From positions 1-61,790 of the forward strand of contig JALXBF010000087.1 of the NCBI GenBank assembly GCA_026991575.1: a DNA stretch of 61,790 nt. Reading direction: 5' to 3'. Source of the DNA: Planctomycetota bacterium (lineage in GTDB: Bacteria; Planctomycetota; Planctomycetia; JALXBF01). The notes beneath the pieces are model-generated. The model was not told the origin of the DNA. It did no database searches and worked only from the letters and a program-made list of their open reading frames with translations. Shown here piece after piece: positions 28,481 to 38,888 of the stretch. How positions within the stretch are numbered: the first letter of the stretch is position 1; every line of letters begins with the position of its first letter. Made by a program: the position numbers and the translations under genes.

Positions 28481-29482
28481 GTGCGGGTAGCGGTTCTTGG
28501 CGCAGGCGCCATGGGCACGGCGTGCGCCCGGCTACTGGCGACCAAAGAGACGGTCTCGGTGCTACTGTGGTGCCGCCGCGGCGAGTTGGCCGAACAGCTG
28601 CGCCGACGGCGTGAGAACCACGTGTACCTGCCCGGGGTCCGACTGCCTGAACAGATCACGATCACCGCAGAGACCGCGCCGCTGCGCGAAGCCGACCTGT
28701 ACGTGGTGGCAATCCCCTGCGTGCACCTGCGCAGCGGCCTGACCCCCCTGGCCGGTTTGCTACGCGCCAACCCGGCGCCGGCCGTCAGCGTGATTAAGGG
28801 CCTGGAACGGGAAACATTCTTGCGCCCTAGCCAGATCATCTGCGAGGTAGCCGGCCAGCGCCCTGTTGCCGTGCTCAGCGGGCCCAGCCACGCGGAGGAA
28901 TTCAGCCGAGACCTGCCGACCACCGTCGTGGTTGCCTGCCAGGACGAGCGACTGGCCCGACAGATCCAGCAACTGTTTGCCACCCGTCGGTTCCGCGTGT
29001 ACACCAATCCGGATGTCGTCGGGGTTGAGCTGGCCGGAGCATTGAAGAACGTCATCGGCATCGCCGCAGGCGTGTGTGACGGGCTGAAGTTCGGAGACAA
29101 CGCCAAAGCCTCGCTGCTGACCAGAGGCCTGGTGGAGATCACGCGCTTCGGAACCGCACTCGGGGGTCTCCGGGAAACGTTCTGGGGCTTGGCCGGCCTG
29201 GGTGATCTGATCACCACCTGCGTCAGCCCCTACGGGCGAAACCGGTCGGTGGGCGAGGCGCTGGGCCGCGGCGAGCCGCTGGATCAGATCCTGGCCCGAA
29301 TGCAAGCCGTGCCCGAAGGCGTCTGGACGTGCAAGACCGTGCACGATATCGCCCGCGCACGGGGCATCGAGATGCCGATCACCGAGCAGGTCTATCGCGT
29401 GCTCTACGAAGGCGCCGACCCGCTGGCCGCCGTCGACGCGCTGATGACCCGCGAACTCAAAGCCGAGCACGCGGCCGACTGA
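28481..29482 (+). CDS. gpsA: NAD(P)H-dependent glycerol-3-phosphate dehydrogenase
   Basis: VLGAGAMGTA, KGLE, LSGPSHAEE, GALKNVIGIAAG, GLGDLITTC, GRNR. Confidence 0.95.
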   Translation: MRVAVLGAGAMGTACARLLATKETVSVLLWCRRGELAEQLRRRRENHVYLPGVRLPEQITITAETAPLREADLYVVAIPCVHLRSGLTPLAGLLRANPAPAVSVIKGLERETFLRPSQIICEVAGQRPVAVLSGPSHAEEFSRDLPTTVVVACQDERLARQIQQLFATRRFRVYTNPDVVGVELAGALKNVIGIAAGVCDGLKFGDNAKASLLTRGLVEITRFGTALGGLRETFWGLAGLGDLITTCVSPYGRNRSVGEALGRGEPLDQILARMQAVPEGVWTCKTVHDIARARGIEMPITEQVYRVLYEGADPLAAVDALMTRELKAEHAAD

Positions 29483-29611
29483 AGCGGCCCTACGCGCCGG
29501 CTCAGGGCCGGGCAGGCCGCTTCCCCGCAAAGGCCGCCGCCGCTGCCGGTCGGGCACCAGCCGGCTACAATCGAACGTATAGAAATCGGGGATTGCTCGG
29601 AGTGCGACAAG

Positions 29612-29923
29612 ATGCCTCGACTGCTAGCTCTCGTAGCCACAGGGCTTGCGCTGGTCGGTTGGTCTGCCGCTGTTCTGGCCTCAACGCCGGCACACTCGCC
29701 CGGTAGAGCTCACGTCATCTGGTCGGTCCTCGCGCAGCAACAACCGCAGCAGCAACAACCGGCGCAGGGCGCGCCGCCAGAACGGCCCGGCAAGCCGCGC
29801 TGGAAGGGCCACCGGCTCAAAGGGCACGAAAAGCCGGTGACGCAGACGATCCTGACCATGTTTGCCTTGATCGGCGTGCTGTACACGATCGCCCGCACGG
29901 CCCGCCGCGCATACGGCGACTGA
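29612..29923 (+). CDS. Small protein with signal peptide, Gln-rich linker and C-terminal TM anchor
   Basis: Hydrophobic N- and C-termini, basic tail; TACAAT at 29566-29571 upstream. Confidence 0.6.
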   Translation: MPRLLALVATGLALVGWSAAVLASTPAHSPGRAHVIWSVLAQQQPQQQQPAQGAPPERPGKPRWKGHRLKGHEKPVTQTILTMFALIGVLYTIARTARRAYGD

Positions 29924-30205
29924 CGCTGCCCACCGGCGCGCCGGTGCTGCCCATCAGATCCTCGCCCTCGCAAATGCGCCTGCGGCAGAGTTCCTCTGCA
30001 CCGGAGCCATGACATCATCTCCGCCCTGCCCGGCCCGTCGCGGCCACGCCCCGGCGGCGCCCGGTGTCGCCACCATCGGCTGAGGCACGGCACAACAGAC
30101 ACCCCCCTGCCAGAGACTGGTGTTCGGCTGGTGCATGCTCTAGACTAGCACCCGGAGCCCGAAGCACGGGTGGCCGTGAACACTGTCTCAGGAGTCAGCA
30201 GCACC

Positions 30206-30901
30206 ATGACCGGCATCGTCCTTGCCCTGTTGGCCTCTGGCACCTGGCTTGCCCCCCTGGCCGACACCGAACCGAACGAACCGATCCTGGAAGCGATCGA
30301 GTGGACCGACATCTGGGTGCCCCATGCCAACGAGAACAAGCTACCCCGTGTCCTCCTAGTCGGCGACTCGATCACACGCGGTTACTACCGGGTGGTCGAG
30401 CGTGGCCTGGCGGGCAAGGCCTACTGCGCGCGGTTTGCAACGTCGATGTTCCTGTCAAACCCGGACTACCTCGACACGCTGAAGATCCTGCTGCGACGCT
30501 ATGACTTCGCAGTCATCCACATCAACAACGGGTTGCATGGCTTTGGCTACAGCGAGCAGGCCTACGCGGCCGGCTTAGAGCAGCTGCTGAGAGTCATCCG
30601 CAGCTACGCTCCCCGCGCCGTTGTGATCTGGGCCCAGACGACGCCCGTGCGCACGCGTGGCAAGTTGCAGGAGCTCGACGAGCATCTGACCGCACGGGTG
30701 CGGCGCCGCAATGAGCTGGCGCGGGCCGTCATGCAGCGGCACGGCATCGCGGTCAACGACCTGTTCTCCGTTGTCGCGGACCATCCGGAGTACTTCCGAC
30801 CAGACGGGGTACACTACACGGCACGCGGGTACGAGATTCTCGGCGCGCGGGTCCGCGCGGCCGTGCTCCAGGTGCTGGAGCAGGCCAACCGCCAGCCTTG
30901 A
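30206..30901 (+). CDS. SGNH/GDSL hydrolase
   Basis: LVGDSI, NNGLH, DGVH; signal peptide. Confidence 0.9.
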   Translation: MTGIVLALLASGTWLAPLADTEPNEPILEAIEWTDIWVPHANENKLPRVLLVGDSITRGYYRVVERGLAGKAYCARFATSMFLSNPDYLDTLKILLRRYDFAVIHINNGLHGFGYSEQAYAAGLEQLLRVIRSYAPRAVVIWAQTTPVRTRGKLQELDEHLTARVRRRNELARAVMQRHGIAVNDLFSVVADHPEYFRPDGVHYTARGYEILGARVRAAVLQVLEQANRQP

Positions 30902-30997
30902 TCGGCGCGGCACGGTGTTCGTAAGATGTTGCAGTTGGCACCTGATACCAACTAGCTGGTCCTCACCGAGCGGGTCTGTAGCGAAGGGAGTAGAGCG

Positions 30998-32437
30998 ATG
31001 GTCGTGGTAAGACGGTTTCGCTTCGTCGGCCTGGTTGCTGTGGCACTGGGCGCGTGGCTGCTGAGCGGATGCGGCGGGGGTGGCGGAGAAGGGGTTTCAG
31101 CGCCGGAGCCGTCGGCTCCGACCGAAGGGGCTGCTGTGAGCGGTACTGAGGGGGAGGCGGAGGTGACGGACACGGCCGAAGCCCCGGCCGAGGAGGCTAA
31201 GCCGGAGGCTGCCGTCACGAAGGAAGCCGAAGGGGCGCCGGCTGCTGAGAAAGCAGCCGCGCAAGCAGCCGCCGAAGCGGAGCGCGCTGCCGGTGGTTTG
31301 AAGCGGATCCCCATCGAGGACTTTTTCGTTCTGGGCGGTCGTCAGGAGGGCAAGGAGACGTTGTCGTTGGAGGAGATCAAGGCGTTCCTGGACAATCCTG
31401 CTCACCATGAGCCTGTCCTGCCGGTGGTGCCGCTTGGGCTGGACCAGAACATTCAGGATTACATCCCGAGTGACAACCCGCTGACGATCGCCAAGGTGGA
31501 GCTGGGTCGTCAGCTGTACTTCGATGCCCGCCTGTCCAAGAACAACACCGTCTCCTGCGCCACCTGCCATGACCCGGCGAAGGGTTTCTCCGACGGGCAG
31601 CCGGTTTCGACTGGCATTAACGGTCAGAAGGGCACGCGGAACGCTCCGACGGTGTTCAACCGGGTCTATGGCAAGACGCAGTTCTGGGATGGTCGTGCGG
31701 CGAGTTTGGAGGAGCAGGCGCTGGGACCGATTCAGAATCCGATTGAGATGGGTTTCACGCTGGAAGGCGTCGTCGAACGTCTGAAGGGGATTGAGGGGTA
31801 CCGGATCCAGTTTGAGAGGATCTTTGGCGACGTCACGCCCGATGCGATCGCGAAAGCGATTGCCAGTTTTGAGCGGGTGATTCTGGTCGGCGGCTCGCCG
31901 TACGACTACTACGTCGAAGCGCAGCGGTTTGCCGACTTGACCGACGAGGACCTGGCGGAGGATCCGGAGCTGAAGGCGCGGGTGGAAGCGGCCCGGAAGG
32001 CAGCGGCGGAACGGCCGATGTCGGAAGCGGCGATCCGCGGCATGAAGCTGTTCTTTGGCAAGGCCCGGTGCACTCAGTGCCATGTGGGCCCGAACTTTAC
32101 GGATGAGCTGTTCTGGAACCTCGGTGTCGGCATGGACAAAGAGAACCCGGACCTGGGGCGGTACAACGTGACCAAGCAGGAAAAGGACAAGGGTGCGTTC
32201 AAGACGCCGACGGTGCGCAACGTCACGCTCAATGCCCCCTACATGCATGACGGCAGCGAGAAGACGCTGATGGATGTCATCGAGCTGTACAACAAGGGGG
32301 GCATCAAGAACGAGTGGTTGAGCGATCGCATGGTGCCGCTGAACCTCACCGAGCAGGAGAAGAAGGACCTAGTTGAGTTCCTGAAGGCTCTGGAAGGCGA
32401 AGTCCCAAAGATCCCCTTGCCTCGGTTGCCCCAGTAA
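30998..32437 (+). CDS. Di-heme cytochrome c peroxidase (bCcP/MauG family) lipoprotein
   Basis: LSGC lipobox, CATCH and CTQCH heme sites, RNAPT, FWDGRA, PIEMG, FKTPT, PYMHDGS. Confidence 0.92.
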   Translation: MVVVRRFRFVGLVAVALGAWLLSGCGGGGGEGVSAPEPSAPTEGAAVSGTEGEAEVTDTAEAPAEEAKPEAAVTKEAEGAPAAEKAAAQAAAEAERAAGGLKRIPIEDFFVLGGRQEGKETLSLEEIKAFLDNPAHHEPVLPVVPLGLDQNIQDYIPSDNPLTIAKVELGRQLYFDARLSKNNTVSCATCHDPAKGFSDGQPVSTGINGQKGTRNAPTVFNRVYGKTQFWDGRAASLEEQALGPIQNPIEMGFTLEGVVERLKGIEGYRIQFERIFGDVTPDAIAKAIASFERVILVGGSPYDYYVEAQRFADLTDEDLAEDPELKARVEAARKAAAERPMSEAAIRGMKLFFGKARCTQCHVGPNFTDELFWNLGVGMDKENPDLGRYNVTKQEKDKGAFKTPTVRNVTLNAPYMHDGSEKTLMDVIELYNKGGIKNEWLSDRMVPLNLTEQEKKDLVEFLKALEGEVPKIPLPRLPQ

Positions 32438-32581
32438 ACCGCGTGCCGCGTTTCTGGTAAGCTAGCAGGCAGTCTGGACGCAGCCGGTGCTGGCCTGAGA
32501 TCGTCCGGCCGGGCCCGCTGCGTCCTTTCTGTTCCTGGCCAATCCTGCCCTGGCTCATGGGTCTGTCGATCGGTTCTCCCG

Positions 32582-34009
32582 ATGGCTCTGACACCCGTTT
32601 GCCTCATCAATGTGGTCGGCCTGACCCGCGGGCTGCTCGGGCCTCACGCACCAAACCTGATGGCTCTAGCCGAACGGGGCGTGGTGGCATCGCTGGAAGA
32701 GGCGCTGCCAGCGGTGACGTGCTCGGCCCAGGCAAGCATGCTCACGGGCTCGCTCCCCACGGAGCACGGCGTCGTCGGCAACGGTTGGTACTGGCGTAAC
32801 CTGGGCGAGGTCCGCTTCTGGCTTCAGTCGAACCGGCTGATTCAGCGACCGACACTGTACCGCGTCGCGCGACGGCTGGCGCGGCAGCGCGGCGAACCGT
32901 TTAGCTGTGCCAAGCTGTTTTGGTGGTTCAACCAGGGGGCGCCGGTTGAATGGAGCGTCACGCCGAAGCCGTATTACGGCGCGGATGGCTCAAAGGTCTT
33001 CGCCATTCATGGCTGGCCTCAGGAGTTGCCGGCGTGGCTGGAACGCGCGTTGGGCCGGTTCCCGTTCCATGCGTTCTGGGGGCCGTTGTCCGGGATCGCA
33101 TCGAGTCGGTGGATTGCTGATGCTACGGCGCTGGTAATCCGCCGTTACCGGCCGGTGCTCACTTTGTGCTACTTGCCCCATCTGGACTATGACCTGCAGC
33201 GCTTCGGCCCGGAGCCGGAGCTTGTTCATCGGGCGGTCGGGCAGGTGGACGAATGCGTGGGGGCCGTGGTGGCGGCGTGCCGGGACGAAGGCATTGAACC
33301 GGTGGTCGTCTCCGAGTACGGACTGGTTCCTGTCCGCAGGCCGGTGTACCTGAATCGTCTTCTGCGTGAGCGTGGCTGGTTGGTGGTGCGCGATGGTCCC
33401 TTCGGTGAGACGTTGGAGACCTTCCAGTCGCGTGCGTTCGCGGTGGTGGACCACCAGGTGGCTCACGTGTACGTGCGGCCGCCTGGTTTGCGAGCCAAGG
33501 TTGCCGAGGTGCTGGCGGCGACCGATGGCGTCGACCGGGTGCTGGTGACCGTGGCGGAGAAGCAGGCGCACGGGCTGGCACACCCGCGTGCTGGCGATCT
33601 GGTGGTGCTGGCGGAGCCGGATGCGTGGTTTGCGTATCCCTACTGGCTGGAGGACCGCCGCGCGCCGGACTTCGCACGTACGGTCGACATCCATCGCAAG
33701 CCCGGGTACGATCCTTGCGAGTTGTTCTTTGACCCGGCGTTGCGTCTGCCCAAGCTGCGGGTTGCCCGCCGGCTTCTGGCCCGTAGGCTTGGCTTCCGGA
33801 ACTTGATCGACGTCGTGCCGTTGGATGCCACGCTGGTGCGCGGTAGCCACGGGCTACGGGCTACGCGCGAGGAAAGCCGGCCGGTGTACATCGGACCGCG
33901 GACCGAGCCGCTGCCGCGGCGGGTCACCGACGTTTACAGCACGGTGCTGCGCCTCCTGGGGCTGGAGCCTACCGAAGCGGAGCGTGCGCTCGAGGGCAAG
34001 CGTTACTGA
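32582..34009 (+). CDS. Alkaline phosphatase superfamily nucleotide pyrophosphatase (EboF-like)
   Basis: INVVGLT, PAVTCS, HGVVGNGWY, YLPHLDY, SEYG, DHQVAH, DIHRKPGYDP, GSHG. Confidence 0.85.
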   Translation: MALTPVCLINVVGLTRGLLGPHAPNLMALAERGVVASLEEALPAVTCSAQASMLTGSLPTEHGVVGNGWYWRNLGEVRFWLQSNRLIQRPTLYRVARRLARQRGEPFSCAKLFWWFNQGAPVEWSVTPKPYYGADGSKVFAIHGWPQELPAWLERALGRFPFHAFWGPLSGIASSRWIADATALVIRRYRPVLTLCYLPHLDYDLQRFGPEPELVHRAVGQVDECVGAVVAACRDEGIEPVVVSEYGLVPVRRPVYLNRLLRERGWLVVRDGPFGETLETFQSRAFAVVDHQVAHVYVRPPGLRAKVAEVLAATDGVDRVLVTVAEKQAHGLAHPRAGDLVVLAEPDAWFAYPYWLEDRRAPDFARTVDIHRKPGYDPCELFFDPALRLPKLRVARRLLARRLGFRNLIDVVPLDATLVRGSHGLRATREESRPVYIGPRTEPLPRRVTDVYSTVLRLLGLEPTEAERALEGKRY

Positions 34010-35997
34010 TGCGTTCTGCTGCAATCGCTAACCTGGTTCCTCTCCTGGCCCCCCTTCTCATGGCCTTCTCCGTCCCTGCCCGCTGTCTCGCGGAGTCGTC
34101 CGGATGGCGGCTGGAGCTTGTGCCGGAGCGAGCGTACGTGGTTGGTGACGTGGCCACGACGCTCCGGCTGCGGGTCCTGGACCAGCGCGGCAACCCTAGT
34201 GATCGGTTCGATGGTCGGCAGCCCGAGCTCACCGGACTCGGCCGGCGCCGACCCGACGGCTCCATTGAACCGTTGACGACTGGTCCCCCGCTCCGCCGGG
34301 GCAGCGCCGTGGTGCAGGGCATCGTGATCGCCGATCGCGTGACCGTTCGGCTCGGGGACTTGCAAGCCCACTGGCAGCCGCGGCGGATCGCGGGCTGGTG
34401 GTCGCTGGTCCCGCCGGCGGCGGCCATCATCCTGGCGCTGGTGACGCGACAGGTCCTGTTAGCCCTGTTCGTCGGGATCTACATCGGGGTGCTGGTGGTT
34501 GAGGGCTGGCATCCTCTGGTGGCCTTCCTCCGCACGTTGGATCGGAACTTGCTGGATACGGTCGCCGACAGCGGCCACGCGGCCGTGCTGTTGTTCACGG
34601 CAGCCCTGGGGGGGATGATCGGCGTGATCAGCCGCAGCGGTGGCATGGAGGCACTGGTCACGTTGCTTGGCCGCAAGGTGCGGACCCGGCGGGGGGGCAT
34701 GCTGGTTTCCTGGCTCATGGGCGTGTTGGTCTTCTTTGACGACTACGCCAACTGCCTGCTGGTCGGCTCCACTCTGCGGCCCTTTACCGATAAGCTGCGA
34801 ATCTCACGCGAGAAGCTCTCCTTCATCGTCGACTCGACTGCCGCGCCAGTAGCCACCCTCGCACTGGTATCGACCTGGATCGGCTATCAGCTCAGCCAGA
34901 TCGAGACCGCTCACGTGGTCCCTGCTAACCAGGTCTACAACCTCTTCCTGCACTGCCTGCCATACAGCTTCTACAGCATCTTCGCCATCTTCTTCGTCTT
35001 CCTCGTCGCGTCGTCCCAGCGCGACTTTGGCCCGATGTACGCCGCGGAACTGCGCGCAGTCCGCGAGGGTCTGGTGCTCCGCGACGGCGCCCAGCCGCTG
35101 TCGGAGACGGAGCTGGTAAGCCGCGTGGCGCTCGCACCGGAGGACCTGCGCCGGGCCACCTGCGTACCGCTCGGCGCCATCCTCACGGTGCTCCTCACCG
35201 TGACGATCGGTCTGTACGTCAGCGGCCGGGCTGCGCTGGGACCAGAAGCTGGCACGGCCGATCTGCGTACGATCATCGGCAGCGCGGATCCCTACCAGGC
35301 GCTTCTGTGGGCGTCTTTCGGTGGGGGCTTCGTAGCCATCGGTCTGGCAACATTGCTGGGACTGACCAGTCTCTCCGAAGCCATGGAAGCATGGATCGCG
35401 GGCTGCCGCTCGATGATGCTGGCTCTGATCATCCTGGTGCTGGCCTGGACCATCGGCGACGTCTGCCGCGAGTACCTGCTTACCGGTCCCTGGCTGGTGA
35501 ACCGCTTGCATCCGCCCCCGCAACTGATGCCCGTGGCTGTTTTCATCGCCTCCGCGGTGATCTCCTTCTCCACAGGCACCTCCTTCGGCACCATGGCGAT
35601 CGTCATTCCGGTAGCGGCTCCCATGGTGTGGGCGGTTACGGGGGAGGCATCCGGCCTGTCGCCTGAAACAGCCGCGACGATCCGTTACGCAGCGCTGGGC
35701 AGCGTGCTCTCCGGCGCCGTCTTCGGTGACCACTGCTCGCCACTGTCCGACACGACGATCCTCTCGTCGATGGCCTCCGCGGCCGATCACATCGACCACG
35801 TACGGACTCAGGCCCCTTATGCTCTACTCACCGCCCTCGTCGCAGCCCTGACGGGCTATATTCCCGCAGGCTTCGGCCATCCGGCGCCGGTATCGCTGGT
35901 CGCCGGCGCGGTGGCGCTGGTGACGATCATCCTGCTGGTTGGCCGCCGCGTCGCGCCCGCGGCAGCTGCAGCGCGCGAGCCGGGAGGAAACCCGTGA
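34009..35997 (+). CDS. NhaC-family Na+/H+ antiporter-like transporter
   Basis: FFDDYAN, SREKLSFIVDSTAAP, TGTSFGT, GDHCSPLSDTTILSS, HIDHV. Confidence 0.9.
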   Translation: MRSAAIANLVPLLAPLLMAFSVPARCLAESSGWRLELVPERAYVVGDVATTLRLRVLDQRGNPSDRFDGRQPELTGLGRRRPDGSIEPLTTGPPLRRGSAVVQGIVIADRVTVRLGDLQAHWQPRRIAGWWSLVPPAAAIILALVTRQVLLALFVGIYIGVLVVEGWHPLVAFLRTLDRNLLDTVADSGHAAVLLFTAALGGMIGVISRSGGMEALVTLLGRKVRTRRGGMLVSWLMGVLVFFDDYANCLLVGSTLRPFTDKLRISREKLSFIVDSTAAPVATLALVSTWIGYQLSQIETAHVVPANQVYNLFLHCLPYSFYSIFAIFFVFLVASSQRDFGPMYAAELRAVREGLVLRDGAQPLSETELVSRVALAPEDLRRATCVPLGAILTVLLTVTIGLYVSGRAALGPEAGTADLRTIIGSADPYQALLWASFGGGFVAIGLATLLGLTSLSEAMEAWIAGCRSMMLALIILVLAWTIGDVCREYLLTGPWLVNRLHPPPQLMPVAVFIASAVISFSTGTSFGTMAIVIPVAAPMVWAVTGEASGLSPETAATIRYAALGSVLSGAVFGDHCSPLSDTTILSSMASAADHIDHVRTQAPYALLTALVAALTGYIPAGFGHPAPVSLVAGAVALVTIILLVGRRVAPAAAAAREPGGNP

Positions 35998-36635
35998 GCC
36001 AACGTCGCAGAGACTGGGCCCTGTTGGTCAGCCTGACAGGTTTCGAGCTTGCCGTGGGTGCGGTGGCCCTGCTGCTTGCCTGGCTGCTGTCCGTGCCGCT
36101 GGCCGGGTTCTGGCACCCAGACCCGGCTGCACTGCTGACCGGCGCGCTGGCCGGTGTCGCGATGTTTGGCCTTCTGCTGGTTCTGATCCGCCTGCCGTTC
36201 GGGCCGTTGCTGCGGCTGCTCGAGGTGGTACGCCGCCTGGTGGGTTCCCTCTTCCAGGGCCGCCCGATTCTTGACTTGGCTCTGATCGCTGCAGCAGCGG
36301 GTGTGGGTGAGGAACTTCTCTTTCGCGGCTTCCTGCAGCAGTGGCTGACAGTTCACTGGGGCGATCCGGTCGGTATCGTGGTGGCTGCGGTTCTCTTCGG
36401 CGTGCTCCACCCACTGACGCTCAGCTACGCGGTTGTGGCCAGCCTTTTCGGCCTGATCCTGGGTGTCCTGGTGGTGGCGACTGGCAACCTCTGGTCGGCC
36501 ATCGCCGCGCACGCCCTTTATGACTTTCTGGCCATCCTCTACCTGGGTCGCACCTCGGGCGGCTCCCCCAGCTTGCCGGAGGCTGGCTCGGTCGCGGGCA
36601 CGGCCGCGGCCGCGCCCCCGGAAGCGGAAAGCTAG
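35994..36635 (+). CDS. CPBP (Abi/CAAX) intramembrane metalloprotease
   Basis: EELLFRG, FGVLH, HALYD. Confidence 0.9.
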   Translation: MSQRRRDWALLVSLTGFELAVGAVALLLAWLLSVPLAGFWHPDPAALLTGALAGVAMFGLLLVLIRLPFGPLLRLLEVVRRLVGSLFQGRPILDLALIAAAAGVGEELLFRGFLQQWLTVHWGDPVGIVVAAVLFGVLHPLTLSYAVVASLFGLILGVLVVATGNLWSAIAAHALYDFLAILYLGRTSGGSPSLPEAGSVAGTAAAAPPEAES

Positions 36636-36686
36636 AATTGGACGAAATCCGTCTCGGTCCGACACAACCTACCGAATTGCCTCCCG

Positions 36687-37664
36687 ATGACGCTGGATTC
36701 GCACGAACCGTTACCGAACGACGGAAGGAACCGACCCGTTCGACTTGATCCTCCCGAGCCGCACGTTGTGGTTCTCGGGCCCGCGCAGTCCGAGCGACAC
36801 TCCGAGCCCACGGTGCCGGCGGGTCAGCGGGAGTACCGTCCGTCGCTTCTCTGGGCAGTGGTTCTGTTTCTGCTGACCTGTCTGTCGCTGTGGCTCGTTC
36901 AGGGTCCGGTCTACACGGCCACGCTGCTGACGATTCTCCTCTGCCATGAGATGGGCCACTTCGTGCAGGCGCGGCGCTACGGCGTGCGGAGCTCATACCC
37001 GCTGTTCATTCCGATGCCCCTGTCCCCCATTGGCACAATGGGCGCGATCATCCTGATGCGCAGCAACATTCCGAACCGAAAAGCCCTTTTCGACATCGGC
37101 ATTACGGGCCCGCTGGCCGGCCTAGTTCCGGCGCTGGCCGCCTGTGTGATCGGCATTTACCAGTCGCCCATCGTGCCGGTATCGGACCTTACTGGTGGCG
37201 AGTACATCATGCTGGGCGAGCCGCTGATCTTCAAGGCGCTAACCTGGCTGATCAAGGGCCCACGGCCGGAGGGCCACGAGCTCGTGCTCAACAGCGTTGC
37301 GTTCGCCGGCTGGGTGGGCATTTTCATCACGGCACTGAATCTGGCGCCGATCAGCCAGCTGGACGGAGGTCACGTGCTCTATGCGCTGCTTGGCCGCCGG
37401 TCGCGCTGGGTTGCGCTGGGGCTGTACCTGGCCGCGCTAGGAACGATTGGTGCGGAAGGGCTGCTGTGGCAACTGGGGTTGGTCGAAAGAACGCATTTCG
37501 GATGGCTCGTCGTGCTGATGCTCATCCTGGTCATCGGTCCGGTCCATCCGCCAACGCGTGACGACCGCCTGGAGATCGGGAGGGCTCGCCGGGTCCTTGG
37601 TTGGTTGACGCTACCGTTTTTCTTCCTGGGTTTTACCCCTGATCCGCTCCAGCTCGGCCCGTAA
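36687..37664 (+). CDS. Site-2 protease (peptidase M50)
   Basis: HEMGH, GPLAG, NLAPISQLDGGH. Confidence 0.9.
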   Translation: MTLDSHEPLPNDGRNRPVRLDPPEPHVVVLGPAQSERHSEPTVPAGQREYRPSLLWAVVLFLLTCLSLWLVQGPVYTATLLTILLCHEMGHFVQARRYGVRSSYPLFIPMPLSPIGTMGAIILMRSNIPNRKALFDIGITGPLAGLVPALAACVIGIYQSPIVPVSDLTGGEYIMLGEPLIFKALTWLIKGPRPEGHELVLNSVAFAGWVGIFITALNLAPISQLDGGHVLYALLGRRSRWVALGLYLAALGTIGAEGLLWQLGLVERTHFGWLVVLMLILVIGPVHPPTRDDRLEIGRARRVLGWLTLPFFFLGFTPDPLQLGP

Positions 37665-37829
37665 CGCTGCGGGGGCGCTCTGTCACGCCGCCTGCAGGCG
37701 CGGTAAGATGTAGAAGCGGGCCAAGCTGGCCCGTCCCCGCCAAGGTGCTCTTCCCTGCCATCCGAGGGTGTGCAGGCCCACCACCGTAACCGGCAACCGA
37801 TTGGCTAGCGATATCCGGAGGCTCATGCG

Positions 37830-38603
37830 ATGCGCACGCGCCTTGCAAGCCCCATGCTCCTTGTTGCCGTTCTTGTGGCTGCTCCGCTACTGGCGCTGGA
37901 CCTGCCAGAGCTGGCCGCGGTGCTTAAGGCCACGGACATTGACCCGCTGGTCGAGAAAGTCATCGGCTCGCTCGAGCGTGACACCACGGACGCGGCCACC
38001 TACCGCCAGGCCAAGACGCGCGTGGAGCACGCCGCCTACACGCTGGCGCTTTACGCGGAGGCCGTTGCCCGGGCCGACGGATCGGTGAGCTGGAAGCAGA
38101 ACGCACGCGCCATCCGCGACTTGGCCATCGAACTGGCCAAGGCGACCAACCAGACAAAGGCCCGCCAGCTGCTGGAGAAGATCAAGCAGGGCCTGGCAGG
38201 CGCCAGCCTTGGACAGAACGGCGCAGAGAAGAGCTGGGAGGACGTTGCTCCGCTGCTGCACGTGATGAAAGAGGTCAATCTCGTGAACCGGTCCCTTCGT
38301 CGCTACGTCCGGCGCGAGCGATACTTCAAGCGGTACCACGACCGACTTGAGGCCGCGGCGGTCGCCATGACGTTGCTCTCCTACATAGCGGCTCACGACA
38401 ACTCCCCTGCCAAGGAGGCCAAGGACGTACCCAACCCGGAGGCTAAGTACGATGACTACTCGGTGCAGTTCTTCAATCTCTCGCGCGAGACGCTGCAGGC
38501 CGTACGTGCCAACGACTTCAAACAGGCAGCGGCGAAGGTGAAAGCCATGCAGAAGGTGTGCTCAAGCTGCCACGAGGATTTCCGACCGGACATTGAAATC
38601 TGA
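37830..38603 (+). CDS. Exported class II (c'-like) cytochrome c
   Basis: Signal peptide, helical composition, C-terminal CSSCH. Confidence 0.75.
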   Translation: MRTRLASPMLLVAVLVAAPLLALDLPELAAVLKATDIDPLVEKVIGSLERDTTDAATYRQAKTRVEHAAYTLALYAEAVARADGSVSWKQNARAIRDLAIELAKATNQTKARQLLEKIKQGLAGASLGQNGAEKSWEDVAPLLHVMKEVNLVNRSLRRYVRRERYFKRYHDRLEAAAVAMTLLSYIAAHDNSPAKEAKDVPNPEAKYDDYSVQFFNLSRETLQAVRANDFKQAAAKVKAMQKVCSSCHEDFRPDIEI

Positions 38604-38820
38604 CCGGCCGCTGCCGGTCGGGCGGCGATCCCCCCGCATGTGGTCATCTCGGCGTCGCGACCCGCGCCGCGGTCAGCCGCTCAGTTCGATGCGACGCGGC
38701 GCGCTCCGGTGCTCCGCGCACGCCGTGCCCAGCACCTGCTACGAGCCTCCGGCCCACCGACCACCCCATCCCGCGGCGACATCCGCCGTCGGCGGCTCGC
38801 CCACTGACGGTACCGCGATT

Positions 38821-38829
38821 TGCTATAAT
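38821..38829 (+). promoter_or_regulatory. Extended -10 promoter
   Basis: TGCTATAAT 60 bp upstream of the MFS ATG. Confidence 0.6.
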
Positions 38830-38888
38830 CCTCCCCTTGCACGCGTTCGACTCCCCACGAAACCCGACCCGGACGGAGAAGCGCACCG

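Noticed and set aside
37791..37806. GG-N10-GC upstream of the cytochrome c gene
   Set aside because: The spacing is right but the flanks match the consensus poorly; such matches are common by chance at this GC content.
29539..38623. 17-nt repeat GCCGCTGCCGGTCGGGC at 29539-29555 and 38607-38623
   Set aside because: Only two copies of a very GC-rich word, which is about what chance would give in 62 kb; no REP family is evident.
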